A DNA stretch of 64,000 nucleotides, from NCBI GenBank assembly GCA_963789115.1, contig CAWBJH010000001.1, forward strand, positions 72,816-136,815. Reading direction: 5' to 3'. Under the pieces are notes generated by a model, which was given only the letters and a program-made list of their open reading frames with translations, was not told where the DNA came from and made no database searches. Positions 42,656 to 52,498 of this stretch are shown piece after piece. Position 1 is the stretch's first letter. Every line of letters starts with the position of its first letter. Made by a program: the position numbers and the translations under genes. This stretch comes from an uncultured delta proteobacterium (GTDB taxonomy: Bacteria > Desulfobacterota > Binatia > Binatales > Binataceae).

Positions 42656-44990
42656 ATGGACGTCCCATCGATGAGCCCCTATCAGGCGATTCGCGACCAA
42701 TTCTACGGCAACCGTCTGCTGTTCGGCGATCCCGCCGACCGCGGCGTGGTCGCGATTGAGATCGTCCCGCCCAATCAGGTCGAGGCCGTAAAGCGGGTCG
42801 AGGGGAAAGTGGTCCGCGAACGCCGTCCTTTGAGGCTCTTCGCGGTGCTCGCCGACCGCGCGCTGCTCGAGGGTTTCAAGGGTCCGCACGCGATAGCGGA
42901 GCTCAAGGGCGACTTCAACTTCCACCACCTGGCGACCTTCGCCGCGCTCGATTCGCTCGAGGCTGCCAAGCGTCATCTCCGGCGCGTCAGCGGCAAGCCG
43001 CCGGGCGCTCGCGACGCGCCCTACCTGGTGCTTGCCGATCCAGTTGAGCAGCACCTGATGCTGACCGGGACGACATTCTTCATGGGGATGGAATTCGCCC
43101 AGCTCCATCGGATGCAGATCGATATCGAGACTTACATCAGTCCGGGCTTCGAGTTCCCCTCTGCCGCGCGCGAGGGCGACCGCGTGGTCGCAATCGCGAT
43201 CACCGACTCGGCCGGCTTCGAGCGCGTGCTGTCGGGGGCTGAGATGGACGAGCGGGCGACGCTCGAGGAGTTCGTACGGATCGTGCGCGAGCGCGATCCC
43301 GACGTCGTCGAGGGCCACAACCTGTTCCGCTTCGACCTCGAGTACCTCGAGGCCCGGGCGTGCCGCCACGGGGTCAGGCTGACGCTGGGCCGCGACGGGA
43401 GCGAGCTCAGCGCGCGTGCCTCGCGGCTCCAGATCGCCGAGCGGGTGATCGCGTATCGCCGCTACGACGTGTGGGGCCGCAGCATTGTGGACACCTGGAT
43501 CCTCGCCCAGCATTACGACATCGCAAGCCGCGAGCTGGAGGGCTTCGGGCTCAAGGAGCTGGCGCGGCACTTTCGTATCGCGCGGCCGGGCCGCGTTTAT
43601 ATCGACCCCTCCCGCATCAGCTCCTACTACGACCATCGCCGCGACGAACTCCTGGAGTACGCGCTCGACGACGCGCGCGAGGCGGGCGCGCTGGCCGAAA
43701 GGCTCGCGCCGAGCTACTTCGTGCAGGCGCAGATCTTCCCGTACTCGTACCAGAACGTTTACCTGCGCGGGAACGCGACCAAGATCGACGCGCTGATGAT
43801 CCGCGCCTACCTGGCCGCGGGCCATTCGATCCCGGCCTGCAACGAACCGCGCGAGGTCGCGGGCGGCTATACGGAGATCCGGCGATGCGGCGTGGCGCGC
43901 AACGTGCTCCATTGCAACGTCACCTCGCTGTACCCGTCGCTGATGATTCAGTACGGGCACGGCCCTGGCGCCGACCGGCTCGGCGTGTTCCTGGAGATGC
44001 TGCGCGGTCTGCGAAGCTTCCGCGTTCAGGCCAAGGCGCTGGTGCGCGAGCTCGAAGGTCTAAAGCGGCGCGACCTCGAGGCGCTCCAGCAGACCTTCAA
44101 GATCCTGATCAATTCGTTCTATGGCTATCTCGGGTTCGCGCTCGGCCATTTCAACGACTTCGCACAGGCCAACGCCGTGACCAGGCGCGGGCGCAACCTG
44201 ATCCGGCGCGCGGTCAAGGAGCTCGAGGCGTGTGGGGCGAGCGTGATCGAAGTCGATACCGACGGTATCTACTTCGTTGCGCCGCCGGGCGCCGACGCCC
44301 AGGCCGCGGCAGACGCACTGATCGGGGCGGTCGGCGCCGCGATGCCCGAGGGGATACGGCTGGAGATCGACGGGTGCTACACCGCGATGTTCAGCTACAA
44401 GATGAAAAACTACGTGCTGCTCGACGAGAGCGGCGTGATGACTATTCGCGGCTCCGGGCTCAAGTCGCGCGGGCTGGAGCGCTTCCAGCGCCGCTTCATG
44501 GAGGAGATGTTCCGGTTGCTCCTGGAGGAACGGCGCGAAGCGATTCCGGCGCTCTTCGAGGAGTACCGACGAAGGCTCGAACATCACGAGTTCGAAATCA
44601 CGGGCCTGATGAAGACCGAGACCTTGCAGGATTCGCTCGAACGTCTACCGCGCCAAGCGAGGCGGCAAGCGCCGCAACGTGTCGGCCGCCTACGAGTTGG
44701 CGCTCAAGTCCGAGCGCCCGTACTTAAGCGGCGACCAGATCTCGTACTACGTGACCGGCCACAGCCCCAAGGTCAAGGTTGCCACGTCGGCGAAGATGGC
44801 TGCGGAATACGACCCGGCCAATCCCGACGAGAACGTCGAATACTACCAGGCCAAGCTCGCGGAGCTTTACCACAAATTCAGACCCTACGTGGAGCGCGAG
44901 GGACTGTTCGCGGCCTCTCTGCTCGAAGCCGCGCCGGAGCCCGAACAGACCGAGATGTTTGGCGCGCCCGCCGCAAACACGAGGGAGTAG
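42656..44990 (+). pseudogene. polB: Family B DNA polymerase (Pol II-like), interrupted by a +1 frameshift at about 44643. Motif A reads N-V-T-SLYPS instead of D-x-x-SLYPS
   Basis: Exo I motif IDIET, Exo II motif HNLFRFD, Exo III motif YALDD, and the KILINSFYG and VDTDG motifs. The C-terminus ...RRNVSAAYELALKS...ISYYVTG continues in another frame (44679-44990). Confidence 0.75.
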
Positions 44991-45022
44991 CGGCATCGGG
45001 TGGCGTTCCGGCGCGGACTCGT

Positions 45023-45045
45023 TTTTCACTTTTCACTTTTCACTG
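45023..45045. repeat. Left inverted repeat flanking the hicBA cassette (TTTTCACTTTTCACTTTTCACTG)
   Basis: AT-rich TTTTCAC iterons. An inverted partner lies at 45755-45775. Confidence 0.6.
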
Positions 45046-45269
45046 CTTAACATGTTTCGCCAATCCAGCACGCGGACCGCGCGGTGTAGCGCGCCACAGC
45101 CGGCGAAGATGCAGACCACCCGCTTTTGCTTTTTTCCCTGCGCTCTGAAAAGTGTCAGAGGGCTGTGCCGCCGGCAGCGACAAAGAACCGTAGGGCAGGT
45201 ATGGTGGGCCGAGCCGGCAAGGGCGATGCGTCGTCGGCGCTGCGGGGTTCAACCGGAGGAGTGTGCACG

Positions 45270-45479
45270 ATGCGTACCTTCAACATAGTGATTGAGCGGG
45301 ACCCCGACACCGGCCTGTACGTTGGTTACATCCCTGGCTGGCCGGGCGCCCACAGTCAGGGAAAAAACCTCGACGAGCTCAGGCGGAATCTTCAAGAGGT
45401 GGTCGAGATGCTCCTCGAGGACGGCGAGCCGAAGTTGGAGTCTGAGTTCGTCGGAATCCAAACCATCCGAGTGGCGTAG
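45270..45479 (+). CDS. hicB: HicB-like antitoxin (UPF0150 fold, short form)
   Basis: MRTFNIVIERDPDTGLYVGYIPGWPGAHSQGKNLDEL... after a GGAGGA RBS. It lies immediately upstream of hicA. Confidence 0.75.
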   Translation: MRTFNIVIERDPDTGLYVGYIPGWPGAHSQGKNLDELRRNLQEVVEMLLEDGEPKLESEFVGIQTIRVA

Positions 45480-45481
45480 CC

Positions 45482-45706
45482 ATGGGCTCAATCCCCGTCC
45501 TCAAGCCGCGCGAAGTGGTCGCGCTGCTCGAGCGGCTGGGGTTCGTGGAGGTGCGTCAGCGCGGGTCTCATCGCCAGTACAGGCACGCCGACGGGCGCGG
45601 AACGACTGTGCCCTTCCACGCCGGCAGCGATATCTCACCGACGTTGCTGCGAAAGATCGCGCGCGACATCGGAATAACCGTCGAGGACCTGCTCGGTCGC
45701 CTGTGA
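45482..45706 (+). CDS. hicA: HicA mRNA-interferase toxin (YcfA-like)
   Basis: 74 aa with RGSHRQY...H motif and an LERLGF N-terminus. Confidence 0.8.
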   Translation: MGSIPVLKPREVVALLERLGFVEVRQRGSHRQYRHADGRGTTVPFHAGSDISPTLLRKIARDIGITVEDLLGRL

Positions 45707-45754
45707 GCGTTGCCGGACCTCACGCGGACCACTCGCGCTGTGCTGTATGGCAGG

Positions 45755-45775
45755 CAGTGAAAAAGTGAAAAACAG
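45755..45775. repeat. Right inverted repeat flanking the hicBA cassette (CAGTGAAAAAGTGAAAAACAG)
   Basis: It is the reverse complement of the left repeat with one or two mismatches. Confidence 0.6.
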
Positions 45776-45787
45776 AAGGGACGAGAC

Positions 45788-46861
45788 ATGCCGCAGGAAG
45801 CGTCACAACTCGACTGGAACCGGATAAAGAAGTTCGCCGAGTCGACGATGAGCGACCTCGGTATCGCCGCGCAAAGCGCGCTGAGCTACATCGGCGACAA
45901 GCTTGGCATCTTCCGCGCACTCGACGGTGCGGGATGGGTCACCAGCGCTGAGCTGGCTGGGCGCACCGGGCTCAGCGAGCGCTACATCCGCGAGTGGCTG
46001 GGCGCGATGGTAGCGGCGCGCTACGTCGAGTACGACCCGGCGGCGTGCAAATTCTTCCTCCAGCCGGAGCACGCGATGGTGCTTGCGCGGGACGATTCGC
46101 CGTTTTTCTTCGGCGGCTTCATGCAAATGATCGTGCCCAACGCCGGCATGGCGCCCAAAGTCGCCGAGGCGTTCAAGACCGGCAAGGGCGTGCCGCAGAG
46201 CGAATACCCGCCTGAAACCTTCGAGGCTGTCGAGCGTCTCTCAGCCTCGATGTATCAGGACCGCTTGGTCCGCAAGTGGCTGCCGACGATGCGGCAGGTG
46301 GTAACGGCGCTGTCCGAGGGCGGCGCCGCGCTGGATGTGGGATGCGGCAGCGGGCGGGCGGCCATCGCTCTCGCCAAGGGATTCCCGAAAGCGCGCGTGT
46401 CAGGCTACGACGCGCATCCGGAGTCGATCGAGCGCGCCCGCAACAACGCGCGTGCCGCGGGCGTGCAGGGGCGGGTGAGTTTCGAGACGGTCGATTGCAC
46501 CAGGCTGCCGGCCGAGCGATGGGACCTGATCACCACCTTCGACGTGGTCCACGAGTCGGTCGATCCGGTCGCGCTACTCAGCTCGATTCGCGACGCGCTC
46601 AAACCCGACGGCACCTACGTGATGCTCGAGATGAACATGTCGGCGAATCTCGAGGACAATATCAACCCGCTCGGGCGCCTGATGTACTCGATATCGACGC
46701 TCTACTGCATAACGGTATCGCTGGCGGGCGGCGGCCCCGGAATCGGCGCCGTGATGGGCGAGCCGAAGGCGCGCGAGCTGTGCCAGCAGGCCGGCTTCAC
46801 CAGGTTCCGCCGCCTGCCGATCGAAGACGCCTTCTCGGCGCTGTACGAAATTCGCCGGTGA
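45788..46861 (+). CDS. Class I SAM-dependent methyltransferase with an N-terminal winged-helix dimerisation domain
   Basis: LDVGCGSG motif I and an N-terminal HTH-like region. Confidence 0.75.
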   Translation: MPQEASQLDWNRIKKFAESTMSDLGIAAQSALSYIGDKLGIFRALDGAGWVTSAELAGRTGLSERYIREWLGAMVAARYVEYDPAACKFFLQPEHAMVLARDDSPFFFGGFMQMIVPNAGMAPKVAEAFKTGKGVPQSEYPPETFEAVERLSASMYQDRLVRKWLPTMRQVVTALSEGGAALDVGCGSGRAAIALAKGFPKARVSGYDAHPESIERARNNARAAGVQGRVSFETVDCTRLPAERWDLITTFDVVHESVDPVALLSSIRDALKPDGTYVMLEMNMSANLEDNINPLGRLMYSISTLYCITVSLAGGGPGIGAVMGEPKARELCQQAGFTRFRRLPIEDAFSALYEIRR

Positions 46862-46965
46862 GAGCACTCAGCAGCGGTTGCTGAGCCAAGTCTCCGCGCA
46901 ACCTTGAGCGGGGTGATGCGTCTTGCTGGGTGAAGAAGAAATGCCCCAGGAGGAGTTTACATCCG

Positions 46966-47463
46966 ATGCGATACAAAAGGTTTCTGCCAGTTTTATGCTT
47001 TGCTGCGGCGTGGGCGCTGCCCACGACGGCCTTGGCGCAGCCTCACGGGCCGGGAGGCCCCATGGGACCGCTGCCGATGCCCCTGATGCTCGTTCTCAGG
47101 CACGCGGATCTCACCACTGAGCAGCAGACCCACGTTCGGCAGATTATGGATGCCAATTTCGCCCAGGCGCAGCCGCTGATGAAGCAGCTCGATGCCGTTC
47201 ACGATCAGATTGCGGACAAGCTGATGAGCACCGGTCCTGTCGAGGCCTCCGATATCGCTCCGCTTCAGCAGCAGGAGGCCAAGATCCATCAGCAACTCGA
47301 TCAGCAGGTGCTGTCGACGACGCTGCAGATTCGCGCACTGCTCACGCCAGACCAGTTAGCCAAGGCCGCGGAGCTGCATAACAAGCTCAAGTCGTTGCGC
47401 GCGCAGATGGAGGCTCTGGTCGGCGATGGCGGGCCGCCGCCGATGGGACCTCCGGGCTTCTGA
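46966..47463 (+). CDS. Spy/CpxP/ZraP-family periplasmic LTxxQ-motif protein
   Basis: Signal peptide, two LTxxQ motifs (LTTEQQ and LTPDQL), and Pro/Gly-rich termini. RBS AGGAGG. Confidence 0.65.
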   Translation: MRYKRFLPVLCFAAAWALPTTALAQPHGPGGPMGPLPMPLMLVLRHADLTTEQQTHVRQIMDANFAQAQPLMKQLDAVHDQIADKLMSTGPVEASDIAPLQQQEAKIHQQLDQQVLSTTLQIRALLTPDQLAKAAELHNKLKSLRAQMEALVGDGGPPPMGPPGF

Positions 47464-47492
47464 TAGGATCGCAAGAACGCAACGATTAGCGC

Positions 47493-48110
47493 ATGCGGTG
47501 GGCTCCCGTTCCGGGGCGCCCACCGCGAGTGCATCGGATGAGGGAGAAGGCAGTTTACGAATCAGTGCCGCCGGTAGCTGAGCTGATCGCAGACGCGCAG
47601 TCGGGCGACGAAGCGGCGCTGGAGCAAATCATTCGCGGTTATCAGGGGCGCGTTGCCGCGATGGTGATTTCACTAATCGGCGATGACAGCGAATGGCAGG
47701 ATGTCTGTCAGCAGGTCTTCGTCAAGATGGTGCTGGGCTTGCCGCGGCTCAAGGACCTTGAGGTCTTCGAGCCCTGGCTCTTCAGGATCGCGCGCAACTC
47801 CTGTTTTGACCACCTGCGTCGTCGTCGCCGCTGGCGGTTCATGGTTCCCTGGGAGAAATGGCACGACTCAATAGCTTGCGAGCCGGATCAAGACGCGGAA
47901 TCGAGAAGCTTCCTCCTCGAAGGCGCAATCGGACGTCTGCCCGCGGATCAACGCGAATTAGTGACGCTGATCCGGGATCGGCGCTGGAGCTACCGGCGAC
48001 TGGCGCGCTTGACCGGGGATAGTGTCGCGGCGATAAAGTCGCGGCTGTTTCGCGCGCGCCGGCGCCTTCGGCAGCTTATGAGCGAACGTGAATCTGACGA
48101 TGAGAGTTGA
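47493..48110 (+). CDS. ECF (sigma-70 family group IV) sigma factor. An alternative start is at 47538
   Basis: Region 2 (FEPWLFRIARN) and region 4 (SYRRLARLTGDSVAAIKSRLFRARRRL). Confidence 0.8.
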   Translation: MRWAPVPGRPPRVHRMREKAVYESVPPVAELIADAQSGDEAALEQIIRGYQGRVAAMVISLIGDDSEWQDVCQQVFVKMVLGLPRLKDLEVFEPWLFRIARNSCFDHLRRRRRWRFMVPWEKWHDSIACEPDQDAESRSFLLEGAIGRLPADQRELVTLIRDRRWSYRRLARLTGDSVAAIKSRLFRARRRLRQLMSERESDDES

Positions 48111-48519
48111 AAGAATCTCCTCGCGAAGAAATAACCGGCTGGCGCGCGAGCCGAATCTGCCCGGCGATTTCGCGCGGCGCGTGATCGCGAAGGCGCGCCT
48201 CGAACAACGTCAACGGAGAATCCGCCGCCGCGTCGCAGCCGCGGTCTGTGCGGTCCTGGTCACGGCCACGATCTCGCTGGCCGCTTTCATGCACTCGGGG
48301 CGCAACCCTCTCGCTTCGCACGAATCGCGGCCGATGGCGCAGGCGGGATGGCAAGAGCAATCGCTGGAAGAGGCGCGCGCATATCAGCTCGCGCAAGAGA
48401 CGGAGCCGAACCAAATCGGAGACTATCTACTGCCCGGCGCGGGAGCACTGACGGAATTCGCCTACGCTTACACCGACGCGTCCTGGCAGTACGACCCGAA
48501 CTGGAGCTATAGCCGCTGA
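48100..48519 (+). CDS. Putative membrane-spanning anti-sigma factor
   Basis: Overlaps the sigma factor stop (ATGAGAGTTGA). Short cytoplasmic N-terminus, one TM helix and a periplasmic tail. Confidence 0.5.
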   Translation: MRVERISSRRNNRLAREPNLPGDFARRVIAKARLEQRQRRIRRRVAAAVCAVLVTATISLAAFMHSGRNPLASHESRPMAQAGWQEQSLEEARAYQLAQETEPNQIGDYLLPGAGALTEFAYAYTDASWQYDPNWSYSR

Positions 48520-48548
48520 CGTTGGCCGAGCGGGGAACGCCCCCGGAG

Positions 48549-50417
48549 TTACTCGATCATGCGCGCGCGCAAGAGCCATGTAAGGCGCGGCACGATCTTC
48601 GCCCAATCGGCAACCACGCCGATGGTTGCCCGCTCAAAGATCGGCGCCTCGGAATCGTTGTTGATCGCGACCACGGTCTGCGCACGCTTGATCCCTACGA
48701 TGTGATTCGGTGCGCCGCGTACTCCGACCGCGATGTAGAGTCGAGGATCGATCGCCTTGCCGGTCAGCCCGACCTGCAACTGGCGCGGCACCCATCCGGC
48801 GTCCGTGACTTGGCGCGTCGCGCAAATTCCCGCGCTGAGCGCCCGCGCAAGCTCCTTGACGCGCTCCACACCCTCGGCCCCCACGCCCATTCCGATTCCG
48901 ACCACGAGCGCCGCTCCTTCCAGCGGCTGCACGGACGGATCGAGCAGCGTGTGCGCCTTGACCAGCCGTGAGAGCGGGGGTTTGAGCTCGAGCCGAACCT
49001 GCTCCAGTTCCGCCTTGCGCGAGCCGTTCGGCTCGGCCATCTCCAGCACTCCCGCGCGCACAGTCGCCATCTGCGGGTAGGTCTTCGAGAGAATCGGCGC
49101 GACGATATTGCCGCCGAATACGGGCTTGAGCGCGACCATCCGCGGCGGTGCCGACCGCGGCGTCGCCACTGGGGCGGGTGCCGACCGATTCTCGGCGTCA
49201 AGCTCGATTGCGATCGCGTCGCCCGTGAGCCCGAGTCCAAGTCTCGCCGCCAGCCGCGGGCCCCAATCGCGTCCGCGCTCGCTGGCGCAAATCAGGAGAC
49301 CCCACGGCTCGCGCTCGCGCACCACCACCGCCATCGCTTCGGCGGCCGCCTCGGGCGTGTAGGGCGCCAGCGCGGCGGAATCGAGGATGAGCACGCGGTC
49401 GGCGCCGTAACTTGCGAGCATCGAGGCGTGGCGGACGAGCGACGCGAAACCGACTGCGATCAACGCTCCGCCCAGTTGCGTGGCCAGATCGTCGCCCCGC
49501 GAGAGCATTTCCAGCGAACCCCGCGTGACCTGGCCGGCGAGATTGGTCTCGCACGCCACCCACAGATCGCGCCCGCGGGCGGCGCCGCGCTGTACGCCGC
49601 TGATCTGCCGGCGCGCGGGCGGGCGCACACGCAAGGCTCCCAGCTCATTGAGTGCCGCCACGATCTGGGCGGCTGCGCGCACCGGGTCGGCGCCGTCGAT
49701 CATCCGGCATTCTGTTTTCGGGGATTGCTGAGCGCGAATTTCCTGCACCCAGGTCGGAGAGCCCGCGAAGCCGAACTTGTTCACGTCCGGGTCGAGGTCC
49801 GCTGCGCGCACCGACTCGATCGGGCGAGTCTTGGCATTTTCGGCGGCGTCGGGCTGGACCCGGATCGGCTGCGCGACGCCTTCCGCGCAGGTCAGCAGCG
49901 CCGGCAGGCGACATTCGATCTCGTCGTAGCCTTCGTCGCTCTCGCGCTCGGCGCGGACTCGATCGCCGTCGATTTCCAGCTTGCATACGCCCGTCACCTG
50001 CGCGATTCCGAGCAGCTCCGCAATCTCGGGACCGACCTGTCCGGTCTCCGCGTCGAGCGAATATTTGCCCAGCAGGATCAGGTCGAAGCGTTCGCGCTTA
50101 AGCCACGTAGCGAGCGCCCGTGCCGTGGCGAGCGTGTCGGAGCCGGCGAAGGCGCCGTCCTCGAGGTGCACCGCGCGGTCCATCCCCATTGCGATCGCGT
50201 CGGTCAGCGCCTGCCTGGCCTGCGGCGGGCCCATCGTCACCACAGTAAGGGTCGCATTGAAGCGCTTCTTGAGCGCGCCCGCGAGCGAAATCGCGCGCAG
50301 GTCGAAGGCGCTGATCACGGCGGGGCCGTCGCGGCGGATGGTTTTGGTCACCGCATCGAAGTTGGCGTCTTCGACCAGCGGGATCTGCTTGATACAAACT
50401 ACGATCTTGCTCAACAA
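48549..50417 (-). CDS. Electron transfer flavoprotein, with beta and alpha subunits fused in one polypeptide
   Basis: N-terminal EtfB (IVVCIKQIPLVED...) and C-terminal EtfA with the FAD-binding segment ...YIAVGVRGAPNHIVGIKRAQTVVAINND..., in a continuous frame. Confidence 0.8.
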   Translation of the reverse strand: MLSKIVVCIKQIPLVEDANFDAVTKTIRRDGPAVISAFDLRAISLAGALKKRFNATLTVVTMGPPQARQALTDAIAMGMDRAVHLEDGAFAGSDTLATARALATWLKRERFDLILLGKYSLDAETGQVGPEIAELLGIAQVTGVCKLEIDGDRVRAERESDEGYDEIECRLPALLTCAEGVAQPIRVQPDAAENAKTRPIESVRAADLDPDVNKFGFAGSPTWVQEIRAQQSPKTECRMIDGADPVRAAAQIVAALNELGALRVRPPARRQISGVQRGAARGRDLWVACETNLAGQVTRGSLEMLSRGDDLATQLGGALIAVGFASLVRHASMLASYGADRVLILDSAALAPYTPEAAAEAMAVVVREREPWGLLICASERGRDWGPRLAARLGLGLTGDAIAIELDAENRSAPAPVATPRSAPPRMVALKPVFGGNIVAPILSKTYPQMATVRAGVLEMAEPNGSRKAELEQVRLELKPPLSRLVKAHTLLDPSVQPLEGAALVVGIGMGVGAEGVERVKELARALSAGICATRQVTDAGWVPRQLQVGLTGKAIDPRLYIAVGVRGAPNHIVGIKRAQTVVAINNDSEAPIFERATIGVVADWAKIVPRLTWLLRARMIE

Positions 50418-50534
50418 GTCCAGGTCCTCCTCATGCGGGGGAGGCTAACCGACGAGCTGGGCGCCATGCAACGGGATTTGTCAGTCCGAACCGCCCCGCT
50501 TAAGGAGCGCGCCGCGATCGGGTAGCTTCGCGAT

Positions 50535-51422
50535 GTGAGGGCCAAATCGGCATCGGGCGTCGCGTTGCTGTTTATTGCGATGGTTATCGTCGCGCACCCG
50601 TGCTGTGCGATACCCGGCCGGGGGAATCGAATCGTGTCGCTGGAGCCGCCGGTCACCGAGATCCTGTTCGCGCTCGGAGCGGGACCGGATGTTGTCGGCG
50701 TCTCGCAGTACTGCGATTATCCCGAGGCGGCGAAGAGGCTGCCGAAGGTGGGCACTTTTCTTACTCCCAACGTCGAGGCGATCGCCGGGCTGCGCCCGAC
50801 CCTGGTAATCGGGAGTGCGATCGCGTCGAACCTGCGCGAAGTCCGCGCGCTGCGGGCGATGGGTTTTCCGACCCTGATGGTCAAGGACGACTCCCTGGAA
50901 GACATCGAGGGGTCAATCGCGGCGATCGGCGGCCGCATCGGACTTGAGCGGCAGGCGCACGAGTTGCTCGACACGATACGTTCGCACGTCGAAGCCGTGC
51001 GCGAGCGGCTCAAGGGCGTAGCGCCGCGCACGGTCGTGATGCTGGTGGGGCATCAGCCGATGGTCGCGGTCGGGCGCGGCACGTTTCTCGACCAGCTGTT
51101 GACACTGGCCGGCGGAATCAATATCGCGGACCGCGCGGCACAATCGTGGCCCCGCCTGAGCCTCGAGTACATCATCGCGACCGCCCCGGATGTGATCCTC
51201 GACGGGCAGATGGGCAGCGATCCCGCGTCGCCGCGAACCTTCTGGTCGCGCTACCCCGCGATCCCCGCGGTCCGCGAGCATCGCGTGTACGGTTATCCGC
51301 AAGACATGATGCTCCGTCCGGGGCCGCGCGTGTGGCAATCGCTGGAGCTGCTGGCCGCGATGATCCATCCCGAGGCGACCCCGGCGAATCTGAGGACGGC
51401 CGCGCGGGCGGCGCGCAACTGA
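50535..51422 (+). CDS. ABC transporter periplasmic substrate-binding protein, BtuF/FecB-like (cobalamin, heme or siderophore)
   Basis: Signal peptide and class III substrate-binding protein pattern. Confidence 0.75.
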   Translation: MRAKSASGVALLFIAMVIVAHPCCAIPGRGNRIVSLEPPVTEILFALGAGPDVVGVSQYCDYPEAAKRLPKVGTFLTPNVEAIAGLRPTLVIGSAIASNLREVRALRAMGFPTLMVKDDSLEDIEGSIAAIGGRIGLERQAHELLDTIRSHVEAVRERLKGVAPRTVVMLVGHQPMVAVGRGTFLDQLLTLAGGINIADRAAQSWPRLSLEYIIATAPDVILDGQMGSDPASPRTFWSRYPAIPAVREHRVYGYPQDMMLRPGPRVWQSLELLAAMIHPEATPANLRTAARAARN

Positions 51423-52498
51423 TGGGCGTGGGCGCAGCCGCCGGCCCGCCGCGCGCGTCCGCTCCCCAAGCTGACGGGGGCGCGCTCTCCGCCGCGTACC
51501 TGACCCGCGCCCGGACGGTGTGGACACTGATTTTGCTGCTGGTGGCCACGGCCGCGGTGTCGATCGTCGCGGCGGCGGTGGGCAGTGTCCACATCAACCT
51601 GGTCCGCGCGATCGGCGACGCCGCCAGCCCCGACCGCGCGATCTTCGTGGACGCCCGATTGCCGCGCATCCTGATGGCGGCGATCGTCGGCGCGGTGCTG
51701 GCGGCGGTCGGCGCCGCGCTGCAGGCGCTGGTCCGCAATCCGCTGGCGGAAGGCGGAATCCTGGGAATCTCCGGGGGCGGCGCCTTCGGCGCAATCCTCG
51801 CAATTGTCCTGGGCGTGAAGATCGGCGGTGAGGCCGCCGGCGTCCCGCTCCTGGCGTTCGCAGGGGCGCTGCTCTCGACCATCGCGGTCTACCGGCTCGC
51901 CCTGGTCGACGGGCGGCTCGAGCCGTTCACACTGTTGTTGGTGGGCGTGATCTTCAACGCGTTCTGGGGCGCCGCGATCATGATTGTCAACAGTGTGGTC
52001 AACTTCTACGTCACTCACACCATCCTGTTCTGGCTGATGGGCAGCTTCGAGGCACCGACCTATCGCGAGGTTGCGACCGTGGCGGTGGCGGGAATCGCGG
52101 GCTTCGCGGTGCTGTTCGTGCGCGCGCGCGACATGAACCTGCTGAGCCTGGGCGACGACGCGGCCGGCGAGCTGGGCGTGGACGTCGACGGGCTGAGGCG
52201 CGCCATCTTCGTCGCGACCTCGGTGATGATCGGCGCGGCGGTTTCGGTCAGCGGCATAATCTCCTTCGTCGGGCTGATCGTCCCGCATATCGTCCGGCTG
52301 GCGTTCGGCGCCGACCATCGCATTCTGCTGCCGGCCTCGTTTATCGCCGGCGCGGCCTTCATGATCGCGGCCGATCTGCTTGCCCGCACCGTGATCGCGC
52401 CCTCGGAGCTTCCGGTCGGCGCGATCACGGCGCTGTGCGGCGGCCCGTTCTTCGTCTTTCTGCTGCGTCGCGAAGGACGCAGGACGCTCGCCCGGTGA
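51422..52498 (+). CDS. ABC transporter permease, FecCD/BtuC family
   Basis: About 9 TM helices and a FecCD signature. The start overlaps the substrate-binding protein stop (TGATG). Confidence 0.8.
   Translation: MGVGAAAGPPRASAPQADGGALSAAYLTRARTVWTLILLLVATAAVSIVAAAVGSVHINLVRAIGDAASPDRAIFVDARLPRILMAAIVGAVLAAVGAALQALVRNPLAEGGILGISGGGAFGAILAIVLGVKIGGEAAGVPLLAFAGALLSTIAVYRLALVDGRLEPFTLLLVGVIFNAFWGAAIMIVNSVVNFYVTHTILFWLMGSFEAPTYREVATVAVAGIAGFAVLFVRARDMNLLSLGDDAAGELGVDVDGLRRAIFVATSVMIGAAVSVSGIISFVGLIVPHIVRLAFGADHRILLPASFIAGAAFMIAADLLARTVIAPSELPVGAITALCGGPFFVFLLRREGRRTLAR

Noticed and set aside
42515-43960. Upstream two-thirds of the 774-aa minus-strand ORF 41636-43960
   Set aside because: It is antisense to polB. 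Only the 3' 879 bp (41636-42514) encodes the TauE/SafE protein, and that has its own GTG and RBS
45023-45047. TTTTCAC tandem units as a possible CRISPR or other array
   Set aside because: There are only about three 7-bp units with no spacers. The inverted partner on the other side of hicBA makes a terminal-inverted-repeat or operator reading far more likely
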